Source: Wolbachia endosymbiont of Dirofilaria (Dirofilaria) immitis
GTDB taxonomy: Bacteria; Pseudomonadota; Alphaproteobacteria; Rickettsiales; Anaplasmataceae
Length of the DNA: 32,000 nt
Direction of reading: 5' to 3'
Assembly (NCBI RefSeq): GCF_013365455.1
Contig: NZ_CP046578.1
Span: 510,001 to 542,000 of the forward strand
The notes under the pieces are model-generated. The model did no database searches. It saw nothing but the letters and a program-made list of their open reading frames with translations, and had not been told where the DNA came from. This document shows, piece after piece, positions 20,207 to 31,104 of the stretch (position 1 is the first letter of the stretch; the number at the start of each line of letters is the position of its first letter). A program made the position numbers and the translations under genes.

Positions 20207-21280
20207 CTAGCTACCCTTATAAAACTCACTTTGCAGATATACATCTACTACATACTTTATTGATACATTAAAAATCGCTATTATTGGAATAAAAAATAAT
20301 ATACCTATCAGTCCAAAATATGAAGCGCACGTAGTTATTCCAAGAATAACTACACCCGGGTGCATATGAACTTTTTTCCCTATTAACAAAGGAACTAGTA
20401 TGTTCGCATCTATTAACTGTCCAACACTAAACAATAATAAAACAGCAGCACTCTTGAACCACCAGCTGAACTGAGCAATAGCACTGAAAAAACCAACAGT
20501 AGTATATATTAATGGCCCTATATAAGGTATAAACGTTAGCGTTCCTGCTAAAATTCCAATAGCAATAGGATGTTTTAACCCAATTACACTAAGACCTATA
20601 GAATAAAAGGCTACCATAATAACACATATATTTGCCTGTCCTTTTAGGTAATTAAATATAATAAAATCCACTTTTAAAAAAAAATCTGTAACTTTTTCTT
20701 TATAAAGAACAGGAACTAATTCACTAATCTTTACTATAATCAGAGGCCAATCACGCAACATATAGAAAAACATTGTTGGAATAACTACTACCAATGATAA
20801 TGCATGAATTAAGCCAAAGCTCGAACTCAACGCCTGAACAATAAAATTAACTACAATACCAAAAGCATTTATAGAATAAGACATATAATTACCACAATTT
20901 TTTGCTAGATTTTCGGATAAAAGATCAAATAAACCATCTCCTACTTTTATATTAAGAAACTCTAACACAGATGGGATAGCTTTAAGGTTTAATGAAGGTG
21001 CTTGACTAATTAAAAAATTTAACACCGAAGTAATTTGAACATATATGATAGGTAAAACAAACATAATAACCAATACAAGAGCCAACAGTAGCACAAATAT
21101 TATAAAAATAACAGAATATAGGCGTGGTATTTTATGCTTTTCAAACTTTACCACTAGCGGATTAAATGAATATGCGACAATAACAGATATTAAGCACGGG
21201 AAAATCATATGGTACACTAAGAACAACATACCAATTATAGGAACCAGTGCAAAATAAACAGGTATATGAAATTTTTGCAT
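20207..21280 (-). CDS. AI-2E/PerM family transporter
   Basis: 357-aa polytopic protein; PVALA-type LKHPIAIGILAGTLTFIPYIGPLIYT and DANILVPLLIGKKVHMHPGVVILGI are family signatures. Confidence 0.92.
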   Translation of the reverse strand: MQKFHIPVYFALVPIIGMLFLVYHMIFPCLISVIVAYSFNPLVVKFEKHKIPRLYSVIFIIFVLLLALVLVIMFVLPIIYVQITSVLNFLISQAPSLNLKAIPSVLEFLNIKVGDGLFDLLSENLAKNCGNYMSYSINAFGIVVNFIVQALSSSFGLIHALSLVVVIPTMFFYMLRDWPLIIVKISELVPVLYKEKVTDFFLKVDFIIFNYLKGQANICVIMVAFYSIGLSVIGLKHPIAIGILAGTLTFIPYIGPLIYTTVGFFSAIAQFSWWFKSAAVLLLFSVGQLIDANILVPLLIGKKVHMHPGVVILGITTCASYFGLIGILFFIPIIAIFNVSIKYVVDVYLQSEFYKGS

Positions 21281-21811
21281 ACCTTTAGTGTGCTAATTAA
21301 TAAAAAAATACACAACTTATTTTACTCACTTAAAAGGCACTTTTCAATTTACTATCAATTACGTTCCGCAGAACTACTTTAGAAAGCTGGATACCAAATG
21401 AAGTCCTTGAAACATTACACTATCGTATAGCTTTCTCGCATTTAATAACCATGATTCAGTGTTCTCTAATACAACTAACCTTTAGTCATAAACATTTATG
21501 AAATTCACCAATAAAAAAGAAGGTAAAAGAGGCCTTGTAACATCTCTCCCTAATTTTGTAACTACTATCTTAACGCTTTACAAATTCATTTCAGCTTATA
21601 TAAACAAACCAGGAAATGTCGTAAAGATATAAGGTACATACAATACAAAAATTAAACATAGAATATCAATTATGTAATACTTTTATCGCTTAATCTACAC
21701 AAAATTAAAGATAATTGAATACTTATCATTATCATAATAAGAAGGATAGCAAAAATTTGGTAAGCAGTTTTCATTCTGTTTCATAGCTATTTGAAACTTA
21801 TTATTGCACTA

Positions 21812-24289
21812 CTAAAGCCATAAAAAGGTCTGATGCTTTAGTGTTTTTAACTCAGGAAAGCTACCGCCTCTATTTTCTACAGAAGAAGATGGTGTGTTAT
21901 TCCCGGTATTACCTTCGATTTGAATAGTGGGTCGTATCAAAGCAACCTTTATCACCTCATCAATATTCTTGACAAGAACTATGTTAACCTTTTCCTTAAT
22001 CTTTGCTGGAATTTCTTGTATATCTTTCTCATTTTCGCTAGGTATAACTACAGTCTTAATTAATCCTCTAAGTGCTGCAAGTAACTTTTCCCTTAAACCT
22101 CCAATAGCCAAAACTCTACCGCGTAATGTCACTTCACCTGTCATAGCAACACTTTTGTCAACTGGTATACTTGTCATAAGAGAAACAATAGACGTACATA
22201 CTGCACTACCAGCAGAAGGCCCATCTTTTGGTACAGCACCTTCAGGTATATGTAAATGTATATCATTACTTTGAAACCTTTCAGGCTCTATACCAAAAAA
22301 TAGACAATTCGATCGAACATAACTATATGCAGCTTTTATAGATTCTTGCATCACCTCTCCAAGTTTCCCAGTGTATTTTATTTCCCCCTTACCGGGAATC
22401 AGAACTGACTCTATCATTAAAATGTCACCACCTGTTTCAGTATAAGCAAGTCCAGTTACCACCCCCACTAAACTCTCATTTTCTGCAATACCAAAAGTAT
22501 ATTTACGTACACCTAAATAATCTTGTAAATTATCAACCCCTACAGATATTTTCTTACTTTTATCAATCAATATTTTTTTGACTGCCTTCCTCATAAGTTT
22601 TGCAAGCTCCCTTTCCATACTACGCACACCACTTTCACGTGTGTATAAGCGTATTAACTCATATAATGCATCATCATCTATACTCCATTCCTTCTGACGT
22701 AAACCATGCTCCTTTTTCAACTTAGGAATTAGATAATACCTAGCAATATTAACCTTCTCATCTTCAGTGTAACCAGACAATTGTATAATCTCCATCCTAT
22801 CAAGCAAAGGATACGGCAAATTTAAGCTATTCGCTGTAGCTACAAACATTACACTTGAAAGATCAAACTCAACCTCTAAATAATGATCTGTAAAGTGCAT
22901 ATTATGTTCTGTATCCAAAACCTCAAGCAATGCAGACGCAGGATCATCACGCGAATCAGAACCCATCTTATCTATCTCATCAAGCAAAAAGAGCGGATTA
23001 CACGAATTAGCTTTTTTCATGTGTTGAATAATCTTACCAGGCATTGAACCAATATAAGTCTTTCTATGACCACGTATCTCAGATTCATCACGTATACCAC
23101 CAAGAGCAATACGGACAAAGTCTCTACCTACTGCTTTTGCTATAGATTTAGCTAAGGAAGTTTTACCAACACCAGGTGGCCCAACTAAGCAAAGTATAGG
23201 ACCTTTTATCTCTTTTACTCTTTTCAATACTGCTAAAAATTCTACTATCCTATCTTTTACTTTCCCTATTCCATAATGATTCTTATCTAAGATTTTCTTT
23301 GCTGTATTTAAGTTAATTTTTGTATCCTTATACTTTCCCCACGGCAGATCAAGCAACCAATACAGATAATTAGATATAACTGTAGCTTCAGGAGAAACTG
23401 GATTCATTTTCCTATATCTCTTCAACTCAGTTACAGCTTTTTCTTTTGCTTCCTGAGAAAGCTTCGTTTCATTTATTTTTTTCTCAAATTCATTTACTGT
23501 ACTTCCTTCTTCTCCATTTTCAAATTCGCCTAATTCTTTCTGAATAGCTTTCAACTGTTCATTAAGATAGTAAGCTTTCTGAGTGCTCTCAACTTGCGAT
23601 TTAATTGTTTTACACAAACGGTTTTGTGCATCTAAAATGCTTATCTCTCTTTCAATAAAAGTAAAAGTTTTTCTTAAACGCTCTACTGGGTTATAAGTTT
23701 CAAGTATGCTTTGTTTATCTGAGGCCTTTACATTTAGGCACGAAATTATTGTATCTACAAGCTGATCAAGCTTCTTGATTTGTTCAATGGGGTTGATAAT
23801 AATTTCAGGATGATTCTTCTTGTTCAGTTTACACCAGCTATCAAATGCACTTATAACAGAACGTCTCAAAGCCTCTAGATCAACATTATCTTCATCATCT
23901 TCATGCTCATAATAATTACTCAACTCTACTTTAGCCTGTAATAAAGTATGAGAGCTAATATATTCTAAAACTCTTCCCCTGTTTACTCCTTGAACTACAA
24001 CCTTTACTGCATTATCAGGTAATCTTATTAATGATTGTACAATATTTGCCAGCACACCTACCTCATAAAGGTCTTGTGGCTCCGGGTTATCAACAGAACC
24101 ATCTCGTTGTGTTACAAGGAAAATCTCATTTTGACAACTGCTATCATCAATTGCACGCTCTAATGCATTGATAGACCTTTCCCTACCTATAAACAAAGGA
24201 ACGACCATACTTGGGAAAACTACTACATCCCTTAAAGGCAATACTGGCAATGTAACAAAACTAGAGTCTATAGCACATTCAACGCTCAT
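21812..24289 (-). CDS. lon: ATP-dependent protease La (Lon)
   Basis: LPLRDVVVFPSMVVPLFIGRERSINAL, CLVGPPGVGKTSLAKSIA, IHLHIPEGAVPKDGPSAGSAVCTSI (catalytic Ser region). Confidence 0.98.
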   Translation of the reverse strand: MSVECAIDSSFVTLPVLPLRDVVVFPSMVVPLFIGRERSINALERAIDDSSCQNEIFLVTQRDGSVDNPEPQDLYEVGVLANIVQSLIRLPDNAVKVVVQGVNRGRVLEYISSHTLLQAKVELSNYYEHEDDEDNVDLEALRRSVISAFDSWCKLNKKNHPEIIINPIEQIKKLDQLVDTIISCLNVKASDKQSILETYNPVERLRKTFTFIEREISILDAQNRLCKTIKSQVESTQKAYYLNEQLKAIQKELGEFENGEEGSTVNEFEKKINETKLSQEAKEKAVTELKRYRKMNPVSPEATVISNYLYWLLDLPWGKYKDTKINLNTAKKILDKNHYGIGKVKDRIVEFLAVLKRVKEIKGPILCLVGPPGVGKTSLAKSIAKAVGRDFVRIALGGIRDESEIRGHRKTYIGSMPGKIIQHMKKANSCNPLFLLDEIDKMGSDSRDDPASALLEVLDTEHNMHFTDHYLEVEFDLSSVMFVATANSLNLPYPLLDRMEIIQLSGYTEDEKVNIARYYLIPKLKKEHGLRQKEWSIDDDALYELIRLYTRESGVRSMERELAKLMRKAVKKILIDKSKKISVGVDNLQDYLGVRKYTFGIAENESLVGVVTGLAYTETGGDILMIESVLIPGKGEIKYTGKLGEVMQESIKAAYSYVRSNCLFFGIEPERFQSNDIHLHIPEGAVPKDGPSAGSAVCTSIVSLMTSIPVDKSVAMTGEVTLRGRVLAIGGLREKLLAALRGLIKTVVIPSENEKDIQEIPAKIKEKVNIVLVKNIDEVIKVALIRPTIQIEGNTGNNTPSSSVENRGGSFPELKTLKHQTFLWL

Positions 24290-24304
24290 AATATATATCT
24301 TAAA

Positions 24305-25582
24305 TCAATCATTAACTGTGATAACAGTGTCTTTGTTATTACAACTAATCACTGCTTTTCCTACCTCTACCATTTCCTTAGTGATTACTATTGTACTACC
24401 TTCAAAACCTCCATTTCCAGCTGTATACATAATATCAAGCAAAAGTGACTCTAAAATAGCACGCAACATTCTTGCACCTGTTTTATAACTCATAGCCTTT
24501 TCAGCTATTGCTGATATTGCTTCATCTGTAAACTCAAGGTTCACTTTGCTAAACGCAAGTAATGCCTTGTACTGTTTTATTAATGCATTTCTTGGCTCTA
24601 TTAATACATGTACTAAATCTTCATGATCTAACTCATCTAAAACAGCAGTTATTTGAACCCGCCCTACAAATTCTGGTATTAAACCAAATCTAATCAAATC
24701 TTCTGGTTGAACATCATGTAGAACATTCTTTTTCCTTTGCTCCCTAGAATGACTAATATCCGCTCCAAAGCCAACCGATGTTCCTCTTTTCCTTGCTTCA
24801 ATGATCTTATCTAGACCTTCAAAAGCTCCTCCACAAATAAATAATATATTATTAGTATCCACTTGTATAAGTTCTTGCTGCGGATGTTTACGTCCTCCAT
24901 GCGGTGGAACATAAGCAACTGTACCTTCCATAATCTTAAGCAGAGCTTGCTGCACTCCTTCACCTGAAACGTCACGCGTTATTGAAGTGCTCTCAGATTT
25001 CCTCGTAATTTTATCTATCTCATCTATAAATACTATACCACGCTGTGCTTTTGTAACATCATAATTTGCAGCTTGCAATAGACGCGACAACACACTTTCT
25101 ACATCATCACCTACATAACCTGCTTCCGTTAAAGTTGTCGCGTCAGCCATAGCGAATGGCACATCTGAGACTTTAGCAAGTGTTTTAGCTAACAAAGTTT
25201 TGCCAGAACCAGTGGGACCAATGAGCATTACATTTGATTTTTCAATCTCAACATCACTTATAGAGTGAACTTGTGCCATGGATTGACAATGATTATACAT
25301 AGCCACAGACAAAACATGTTGTGCATGCTTTTGACCTACAACATGTTTGCTAAGAAAATTTTTTATGTCTTCAGGCTTCTTCAATAATAACTTCACATCA
25401 GACATATAATCTGAATTGAAAGGCCCTCCTTTCTTTTGACTTATTGCCCTATGAGATAACTCTATGCACTCATTACAAATAAACACCTTTAAACCATCTG
25501 AAGAATTAGTGATCAATTTATCTACTTCATTTTGTGCTTTATTACAAAAAGAACAACGGTGTAAATCATTATTGTTACCCAT
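24305..25582 (-). CDS. clpX: ATP-dependent Clp protease ATP-binding subunit ClpX
   Basis: Zinc-binding CSFCNK...[42 protein letters not shown]. Confidence 0.98.
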   Translation of the reverse strand: MGNNNDLHRCSFCNKAQNEVDKLITNSSDGLKVFICNECIELSHRAISQKKGGPFNSDYMSDVKLLLKKPEDIKNFLSKHVVGQKHAQHVLSVAMYNHCQSMAQVHSISDVEIEKSNVMLIGPTGSGKTLLAKTLAKVSDVPFAMADATTLTEAGYVGDDVESVLSRLLQAANYDVTKAQRGIVFIDEIDKITRKSESTSITRDVSGEGVQQALLKIMEGTVAYVPPHGGRKHPQQELIQVDTNNILFICGGAFEGLDKIIEARKRGTSVGFGADISHSREQRKKNVLHDVQPEDLIRFGLIPEFVGRVQITAVLDELDHEDLVHVLIEPRNALIKQYKALLAFSKVNLEFTDEAISAIAEKAMSYKTGARMLRAILESLLLDIMYTAGNGGFEGSTIVITKEMVEVGKAVISCNNKDTVITVND

Positions 25583-25593
25583 TAATTTACCCT

Positions 25594-26193
25594 CTACTTA
25601 ATTTTAACATCTTCACGCTCAGCCATCACTCTATCAACTAAGCCAATTTTCTTAGCTTCCTCAGAATCCATGAATTTATCCCTCTCCATCATTTCTTCAA
25701 TTTTCTTTAGTGAATTTCCAGTATGCTTCTCATAGATCTGATTTAGCTTCTTCTTAACTCGCAAAATCTCATTAGCATGTATCTCTATATCAGTTGCCTG
25801 ACCTTGATAACCACCAGATGGCTGATGTATCATAATTCTTGAATGAGGCAAAGAATAACGCTTGCCCTTTGTACCAGCTGCAAGCAACAGAGAACCCATA
25901 GATGCAGCTTGACCTATACACAAAGTTGAAACATCCGGCTTTATATACTGCATCGTATCATAGATCGACAGACCAGCAGTCACAATACCACCTGGCGAGT
26001 TAATATACATATAAATATCTTTGTCAGGGTTTTCTGACTCTAAAAATAAAAGCTGTGCCACTATTACACTAGCCATGCTATCTTCAATAGGTCCAGTGAC
26101 AAAAATTATCCTCTCTTTTACTAATCTTGAATATATATCATAAGCACGCTCGCCACGACTAGTTTGCTCAATTACAATCGGTATAAGAGTCAT
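25594..26193 (-). CDS. clpP: ATP-dependent Clp protease proteolytic subunit ClpP
   Basis: [22 protein letters not shown] (Ser), [16 protein letters not shown] (His). Confidence 0.98.
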   Translation of the reverse strand: MTLIPIVIEQTSRGERAYDIYSRLVKERIIFVTGPIEDSMASVIVAQLLFLESENPDKDIYMYINSPGGIVTAGLSIYDTMQYIKPDVSTLCIGQAASMGSLLLAAGTKGKRYSLPHSRIMIHQPSGGYQGQATDIEIHANEILRVKKKLNQIYEKHTGNSLKKIEEMMERDKFMDSEEAKKIGLVDRVMAEREDVKIK

Positions 26194-26203
26194 ACCCTTC
26201 CTA

Positions 26204-27547
26204 TTAAATATTATAAAATAACTCCTTTAACTCTTTCACAGAAACAACTTGCTCTTCCTTATTAACCTTTTCCATTATATAACCTGTAACTTTATGCTCA
26301 AGAGCTTGTCCTTTAACTAACCCTTGAAACTGCTTATCTGACTTAAAATGCTTCACTACTTTATCAAGCGGCATGCTCTTATCGACATACTGATTCATAA
26401 CAACACTTAGAATATCATTTTGAGTCAACGATATTTTATGCTCCGTACTAAACTTCATAAATAACACTGCAAGCTTTACACGCCTTTCAGCCTCCTTACA
26501 GGAATCATCCCTAAAATTCAATTCCTTTTCTACTCTCTGTTGTTCCTGTTTTACTACCTCTGTAGGTAATCCAAAGCTATAATTAGCATCTAAATAATCA
26601 AACAACTCCTTCTTAATCAAGATATCCCCCATTTCTTTACACTGATTACCAATTATTTCTTTAGCATAATTTTTCAGTAATGAATAATCTTTAAACCCCA
26701 TTCTTTTAGCTACTTCATCATCACTTCCAAAACCTTGAATAATTTTAATATCACTAACTAGAACAAAAAAATCAGCTTCCTGTCCTGCGATAGGAATCAC
26801 CTGATAATCTTCAGGGAACTTCAACTTAAAGTTTTTCGTTTCTCCCTTTCTCATACCAATCAATTGATCCTCAAAACCATTAACAAGTGTCCCGGAACCT
26901 AAAATCACATTAAAGTTCTTGTCACTTCCACCTCGAAAAAGCTTATTTCTAATTCGCCCTTTAAAGTCAATTATAAGTTTATCTCCATTTTTTGCTCGAT
27001 AAGAAACATCACTAACAGAGACAAAATCAGGAAATTTTGCCTTCATAGAATCAATAAATTCTTTTATATCTTCCTCTTCAATTTTTGCTTCAACTCTCTT
27101 CAAATTTATTTTGTCAAGATCTATCGCTGGCACTTCTGGCATCGATTCGAAAGATAGCCTATATATAAAATCGTTCTCTTTATCCTTTTTGTCCAGATTT
27201 GGCAGTGACACAATGTCAACCTTAGGATAAACGTGAAATTTAACTCCAACCTTTTTTATCAGATCACTAGAGCAATAATCAATCACATTATTTACCACAT
27301 ACTCTAAAGCCTCGCTTTTATAATTCGTAACAACAAGATCATAAGGCATCTTTCCAGAACGAAATCCAGGCAATTTTGCATTCTTCGCTATTTCTTGCAG
27401 CCTAGAACCCATTTTCTGCCTTATGCAATCACTACTCACTGTGATTTCATATTCATGCTTAAGTTTATCTATACCTAACTCCCTATAAGTATAAATGCTA
27501 CCCAATACACCTATTTCGACTGCACTTTGAGGTATACTACTAGACAT
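26204..27547 (-). CDS. tig: Trigger factor
   Basis: 447-aa ORF; [10 protein letters not shown]-like [15 protein letters not shown], the FKBP-like RNKLFRGG...[37 protein letters not shown], and a position upstream of clpP. Confidence 0.96.
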   Translation of the reverse strand: MSSSIPQSAVEIGVLGSIYTYRELGIDKLKHEYEITVSSDCIRQKMGSRLQEIAKNAKLPGFRSGKMPYDLVVTNYKSEALEYVVNNVIDYCSSDLIKKVGVKFHVYPKVDIVSLPNLDKKDKENDFIYRLSFESMPEVPAIDLDKINLKRVEAKIEEEDIKEFIDSMKAKFPDFVSVSDVSYRAKNGDKLIIDFKGRIRNKLFRGGSDKNFNVILGSGTLVNGFEDQLIGMRKGETKNFKLKFPEDYQVIPIAGQEADFFVLVSDIKIIQGFGSDDEVAKRMGFKDYSLLKNYAKEIIGNQCKEMGDILIKKELFDYLDANYSFGLPTEVVKQEQQRVEKELNFRDDSCKEAERRVKLAVLFMKFSTEHKISLTQNDILSVVMNQYVDKSMPLDKVVKHFKSDKQFQGLVKGQALEHKVTGYIMEKVNKEEQVVSVKELKELFYNI

Positions 27548-27697
27548 TGTAATCTATTTATAAGTATTTTAATACACACCTTAATAAAGTTATTTTACCA
27601 GAATTTAATTTAAATACAATCCTTAAGAAGGGTTTTTTACACAAACAAAAATGTATCTAGTGATTATAAATTTTTACTTAAACTTAAATTATACAAG

Positions 27698-27779
27698 TGC
27701 GGATAGAGGGACTTGAACCCCCACGAACAAGCTCACCAAGACCTAAACCTGGCACGTCTACCAATTCCGCCATATCCGC
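27698..27779 (-). tRNA. tRNA-Leu, anticodon UAG
   Basis: Reverse complement GCGGATATGGCGGAATTGGTAGACGTGCCAGGTTTAGGTCTTGGTGAGCTTGTTCGTGGGGGTTCAAGTCCCTCTATCCGCA. The 7-bp acceptor stem pairs perfectly (GCGGATA/TATCCGC), with a D-arm, anticodon loop TTTAGGT, variable arm and GGTTCAA T-loop. The CCA end is not encoded. Confidence 0.97.
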
Positions 27780-28064
27780 AAGAATTTTCCAGCAATTCGT
27801 AGCTGCCATAAACTCATTCTATCACCCTATAATAGGATTAAGCTTGAAGATCAAATTTGAGTGTCACAAATTTAGTTAACAACTTATAATATTGACCAAC
27901 CCTACTTATAAATCTACTTAAGCAAGCATAAATCACTTAATTAATATTATAAATATAACATCAAAATACTCAAGATCTAAAGTCTTATCAACTTATGGCA
28001 TTTACACAATCAGAAAAGCTTATTAATATCTTTTAACGAAAATTCTAAATTCTGAAAATCAATA

Positions 28065-28658
28065 ATGAGACTGATAGTAAATTTTTTACTTGCAACTTTC
28101 TTGATTACACAGAGTGGGTGCACAACTCTTATAATAAGTGGCGTAGTAGCCACAACAGCAACAGCAGTAGCAATGCAAGATAAATCTTTAGGAAATACTG
28201 TTGACGATACAACTATAATAATTAGAATCAATAAGAGCCTCTTAAAACATGGACTATTTTCATCCATAAAGGTTAAAGTAAGTGAAGGAAGAGTATTGCT
28301 CATTGGAAATGTTGATACACCTGAAAAACAGCTTACAGCAGAAAGAATAGCCTGGCAAGAAAAAGAAGTCAAAGAGGTGATAAATGAAATAAGGGTAACA
28401 CCAATTCAAACAAATTCTATACTTGATACTATTATAGATGGTATGATAACAGCAGAAATAAGAACAAGGTTCCTGGGAAAAAGAAACATCAAATCAATTA
28501 ATTACAGCGTCAACACTGTTGATGGAGCTGTTTATTTAATGGGTATAGCTCAAAATAAAGCAGAACTAAAAGCCGTAATAGCAATTGCAAGAAAGGTTAA
28601 AGGAGTAAAGCAAGTTGTAAGCTACGTACGACATAGACACAGTAAGCTACGACGCTAA
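28065..28658 (+). CDS. BON-domain periplasmic/lipoprotein-like protein (OsmY/DolP-like)
   Basis: N-terminal signal ending QSGC, then two BON-like repeats: DDTTIIIRINKSLLKHGLFSSIKVKVSEGRVLLIGNVDTPEKQLTAERIA and ITAEIRTRFLGKRNIKSINYSVNTVDGAVYLMGIAQNKAELKAVIAIARKVKGVKQVVSYV. Confidence 0.9.
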   Translation: MRLIVNFLLATFLITQSGCTTLIISGVVATTATAVAMQDKSLGNTVDDTTIIIRINKSLLKHGLFSSIKVKVSEGRVLLIGNVDTPEKQLTAERIAWQEKEVKEVINEIRVTPIQTNSILDTIIDGMITAEIRTRFLGKRNIKSINYSVNTVDGAVYLMGIAQNKAELKAVIAIARKVKGVKQVVSYVRHRHSKLRR

Positions 28659-28696
28659 TGAAAACTTAGCTTATAAACGGTAGTTTTATTTTAAAG

Positions 28697-29647
28697 GTGG
28701 TATGTAAAATGAGAATTGCTTTTCAAATGGATGAAAATATAAATTTTGAAACTGACACTACATTTGCATTAATAAAAGAAGCACAAAAAAGGAACCACGA
28801 GATCTTCATCTATGTTCCTAATAATTTAGCATTAAATTTAAACCAGCCAGTCGCTCTTGCTCAGAAAGTCAGCGCTGATGATTCTAGTTTTACCTCGAGA
28901 AAAGATGTAACAATCAATTTGAATGAAATAGAAATCATTTTTATTAGACAGAATCCACCTTTTGATATACGTTACATTACAACTACCTATATTTTAGAAA
29001 AGACTAATGCTTTAGTAATAAATAACCCAACAGAGATAAGAAATTGTCCTGAAAAATTAATCACTTCACTATTTCCAGAATTAACTTTACCAACTTTAAT
29101 TACCGAGAATATATCAATGATTAGAAGTTTTTACCACAATCATAATAAAAATATTATTCTGAAGCCATTATATAATTATGGAGGAAACGACGTAATAAGA
29201 ATAAAAGATGAAAGCAACATTCAAGTAGTAGCAGAACTCATGATTTCAAAATATGAATGCCCTGTAATTGCGCAAGCATTTTGCAAAAATACAGATAAAG
29301 ATAAAAGAACACTACTATTGGATGGCCAACCAATTGGAGTAATGAAACGAATCCCAAGAGCTAGTGAAGAAATAAGAACAAACTTGCAACTTGGAGCAAG
29401 TTTTGTACCTGTTGAAATGAATGATAGAGACAACGAAATTTGTAATAAAATCGGCCCTGAACTAAAGAAAAGAGGATTAATATTTGTTGGCATTGACATT
29501 ATAGATAATTTTCTCCTTGAAATTAATACAACTTCACCTACAGGTATAGTTTACATTAATAAGCTATATAATATAGCATTAGAGAAAAAACTATGGGATA
29601 CATTTGAAGAAAAAGTAAGTAGCCACACTCATCATCCAAATCTTTGA
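28697..29647 (+). CDS. gshB: Glutathione synthetase
   Basis: MRIAFQMDENINFETDTTFALIKEAQKRNHEI, FIRQNPPFDIRYITTTYILE, VINNPTEIRNCPEKL, KPLYNYGGNDVIRI, INTTSPTGIVYINKL. The start may be the ATG at 28709 (MRIAFQMD). Confidence 0.93.
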   Translation: MVCKMRIAFQMDENINFETDTTFALIKEAQKRNHEIFIYVPNNLALNLNQPVALAQKVSADDSSFTSRKDVTINLNEIEIIFIRQNPPFDIRYITTTYILEKTNALVINNPTEIRNCPEKLITSLFPELTLPTLITENISMIRSFYHNHNKNIILKPLYNYGGNDVIRIKDESNIQVVAELMISKYECPVIAQAFCKNTDKDKRTLLLDGQPIGVMKRIPRASEEIRTNLQLGASFVPVEMNDRDNEICNKIGPELKKRGLIFVGIDIIDNFLLEINTTSPTGIVYINKLYNIALEKKLWDTFEEKVSSHTHHPNL

Positions 29648-30669
29648 GCTATTACCTTAATAAACTCATTAACTCCATTTTTTACCCTTGCTTTCTTAGT
29701 ATTATTAGCCATATCACTCAATTTTTGAGTATTTCCTAATAAACCAATTAGTAATTCTTTCAAATTTCTTTTCGTCTCACCATTTTGCTCAATTATCACA
29801 GCTGCTCCCAAACTCTCAATATATTTTGCATTGTAAAATTGATGACCATCTTTTGAGTAAGGATAAGGAATATATATAGCAGGACGCCCAGCAAGAGTAA
29901 TTTCTGCTATTGAAGTCGCCCCTGCTCTGCTAATTACCAAATGAGCACTTGCTAACCTACTCTCCATATCATTGAAAAACTCACTTAATTCACTATTAAC
30001 CTTTACACTTTTATACAGGCCTTTGACCTTATTAATATTCTTCTTAGTACATTGCTGTATTACTTTAAGCTTTTTTTTCACTTCAATAGGTAAATTACAA
30101 ATCACATCACTTACTACATCATCAAAAAAACTTGCACCCTGACTAGCTGCTATCACTAATATATTCAAGCTCTTTCCAGAGTGAATATAAGAATAGTCCT
30201 GCGCTCTTACATAAACAAAATTTCCTGTAAAAATACACCTATTGCTCTCTACATATTTAGTTTCTGGAAAGCTAGTCGCAATCAGCTCTGCACTATTAAG
30301 AAAAAATCTATTTACCCTTCCTAAAACTATATTTTGTTCATGTAAAATTACAGGTATAAAAAGAATTTTTGCCGCAAGAAGAGTTGGAAAAGAAGCATAG
30401 CTGCCAAAACCAATAACTAGCCTTGGCTTCAATTTTTTTATTCGACACAATGCTAATATAAAACTATACGTTAACAAAAGGAAAAATTTAAATTTACTGC
30501 TGCTTGGCTTACATAATGGTAGGGTATAGCTCTCTACATCTGTATTTTTATCTATTTTTTTATTAGTAAACAATATACAACTGTACCCTTGCAACTCTAG
30601 TGCTTTCGCCAAGGTCATAGCTGGAAAAATGTGCCCACCTGTTCCGCCTGTTGCGAGAATAATATCCAT
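29632..30669 (-). CDS. murG: UDP-N-acetylglucosamine--N-acetylmuramyl-(pentapeptide) pyrophosphoryl-undecaprenol N-acetylglucosamine transferase
   Basis: MDIILATGGTGGHIFPAMTLAKAL, VIGFGSYASFPTLLAAK, PVILHEQNIVLGRVNRF, LVISRAGATSIAEITLAGRPAIYIPYPYSKDGHQFYNAKYIE. Confidence 0.97.
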   Translation of the reverse strand: MDIILATGGTGGHIFPAMTLAKALELQGYSCILFTNKKIDKNTDVESYTLPLCKPSSSKFKFFLLLTYSFILALCRIKKLKPRLVIGFGSYASFPTLLAAKILFIPVILHEQNIVLGRVNRFFLNSAELIATSFPETKYVESNRCIFTGNFVYVRAQDYSYIHSGKSLNILVIAASQGASFFDDVVSDVICNLPIEVKKKLKVIQQCTKKNINKVKGLYKSVKVNSELSEFFNDMESRLASAHLVISRAGATSIAEITLAGRPAIYIPYPYSKDGHQFYNAKYIESLGAAVIIEQNGETKRNLKELLIGLLGNTQKLSDMANNTKKARVKNGVNEFIKVIAQRFG

Positions 30670-31104
30670 CTGCGTATAGCAATTAGTATTAGATTGTTAA
30701 CTATTATTTAATAATTTGCACATTGAATTCTATCAAGCTTTATAGTAGAAAGTCAAAAGTACTTAACAAAAATAAGCCTAAAGACAAATAGAAGCCAAAA
30801 TGAAGAGGCTTCACATGGAACTGCTAAAAAGTAGATAAAAGTTTCCTTAATTTGAGTGTCAGTATATTTCAGCAAAAGCTGACATAACAAAAATGGGAAA
30901 CACTAATTTAAGCAACAAGATTTAGGTAATAAAGGATACAAAAGATCTCAAATCCGAAGATAAAGCTTAAAGTGAAAGCAGCAGCCGAAGAACTAAAAGA
31001 AAGGTAACAGAAGCCTGACAATGATATCAATCCGTTATAGGTTAAAACACATAATAAAACTTCTGCTCAAGATACTTGCAGCTTTAAAATAATGGAACGC
31101 TAAC

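Noticed and set aside
27697-27879. Plus-strand 60-aa ORF (MRIEGLEPPRTSSPRPKPG...)
   Set aside because: It is the antisense translation of tRNA-Leu(UAG) and its flank.
28010-28372. Minus-strand 120-aa ORF
   Set aside because: It is antisense to the well-supported BON-domain gene and has no recognisable domain.
28065-28658. Non-standard lipobox (TQSGC) as a novel anchoring signal
   Set aside because: The residue at -3 is atypical, but this alone does not support a novel mechanism; the protein may simply be a divergent lipoprotein or a periplasmic protein.
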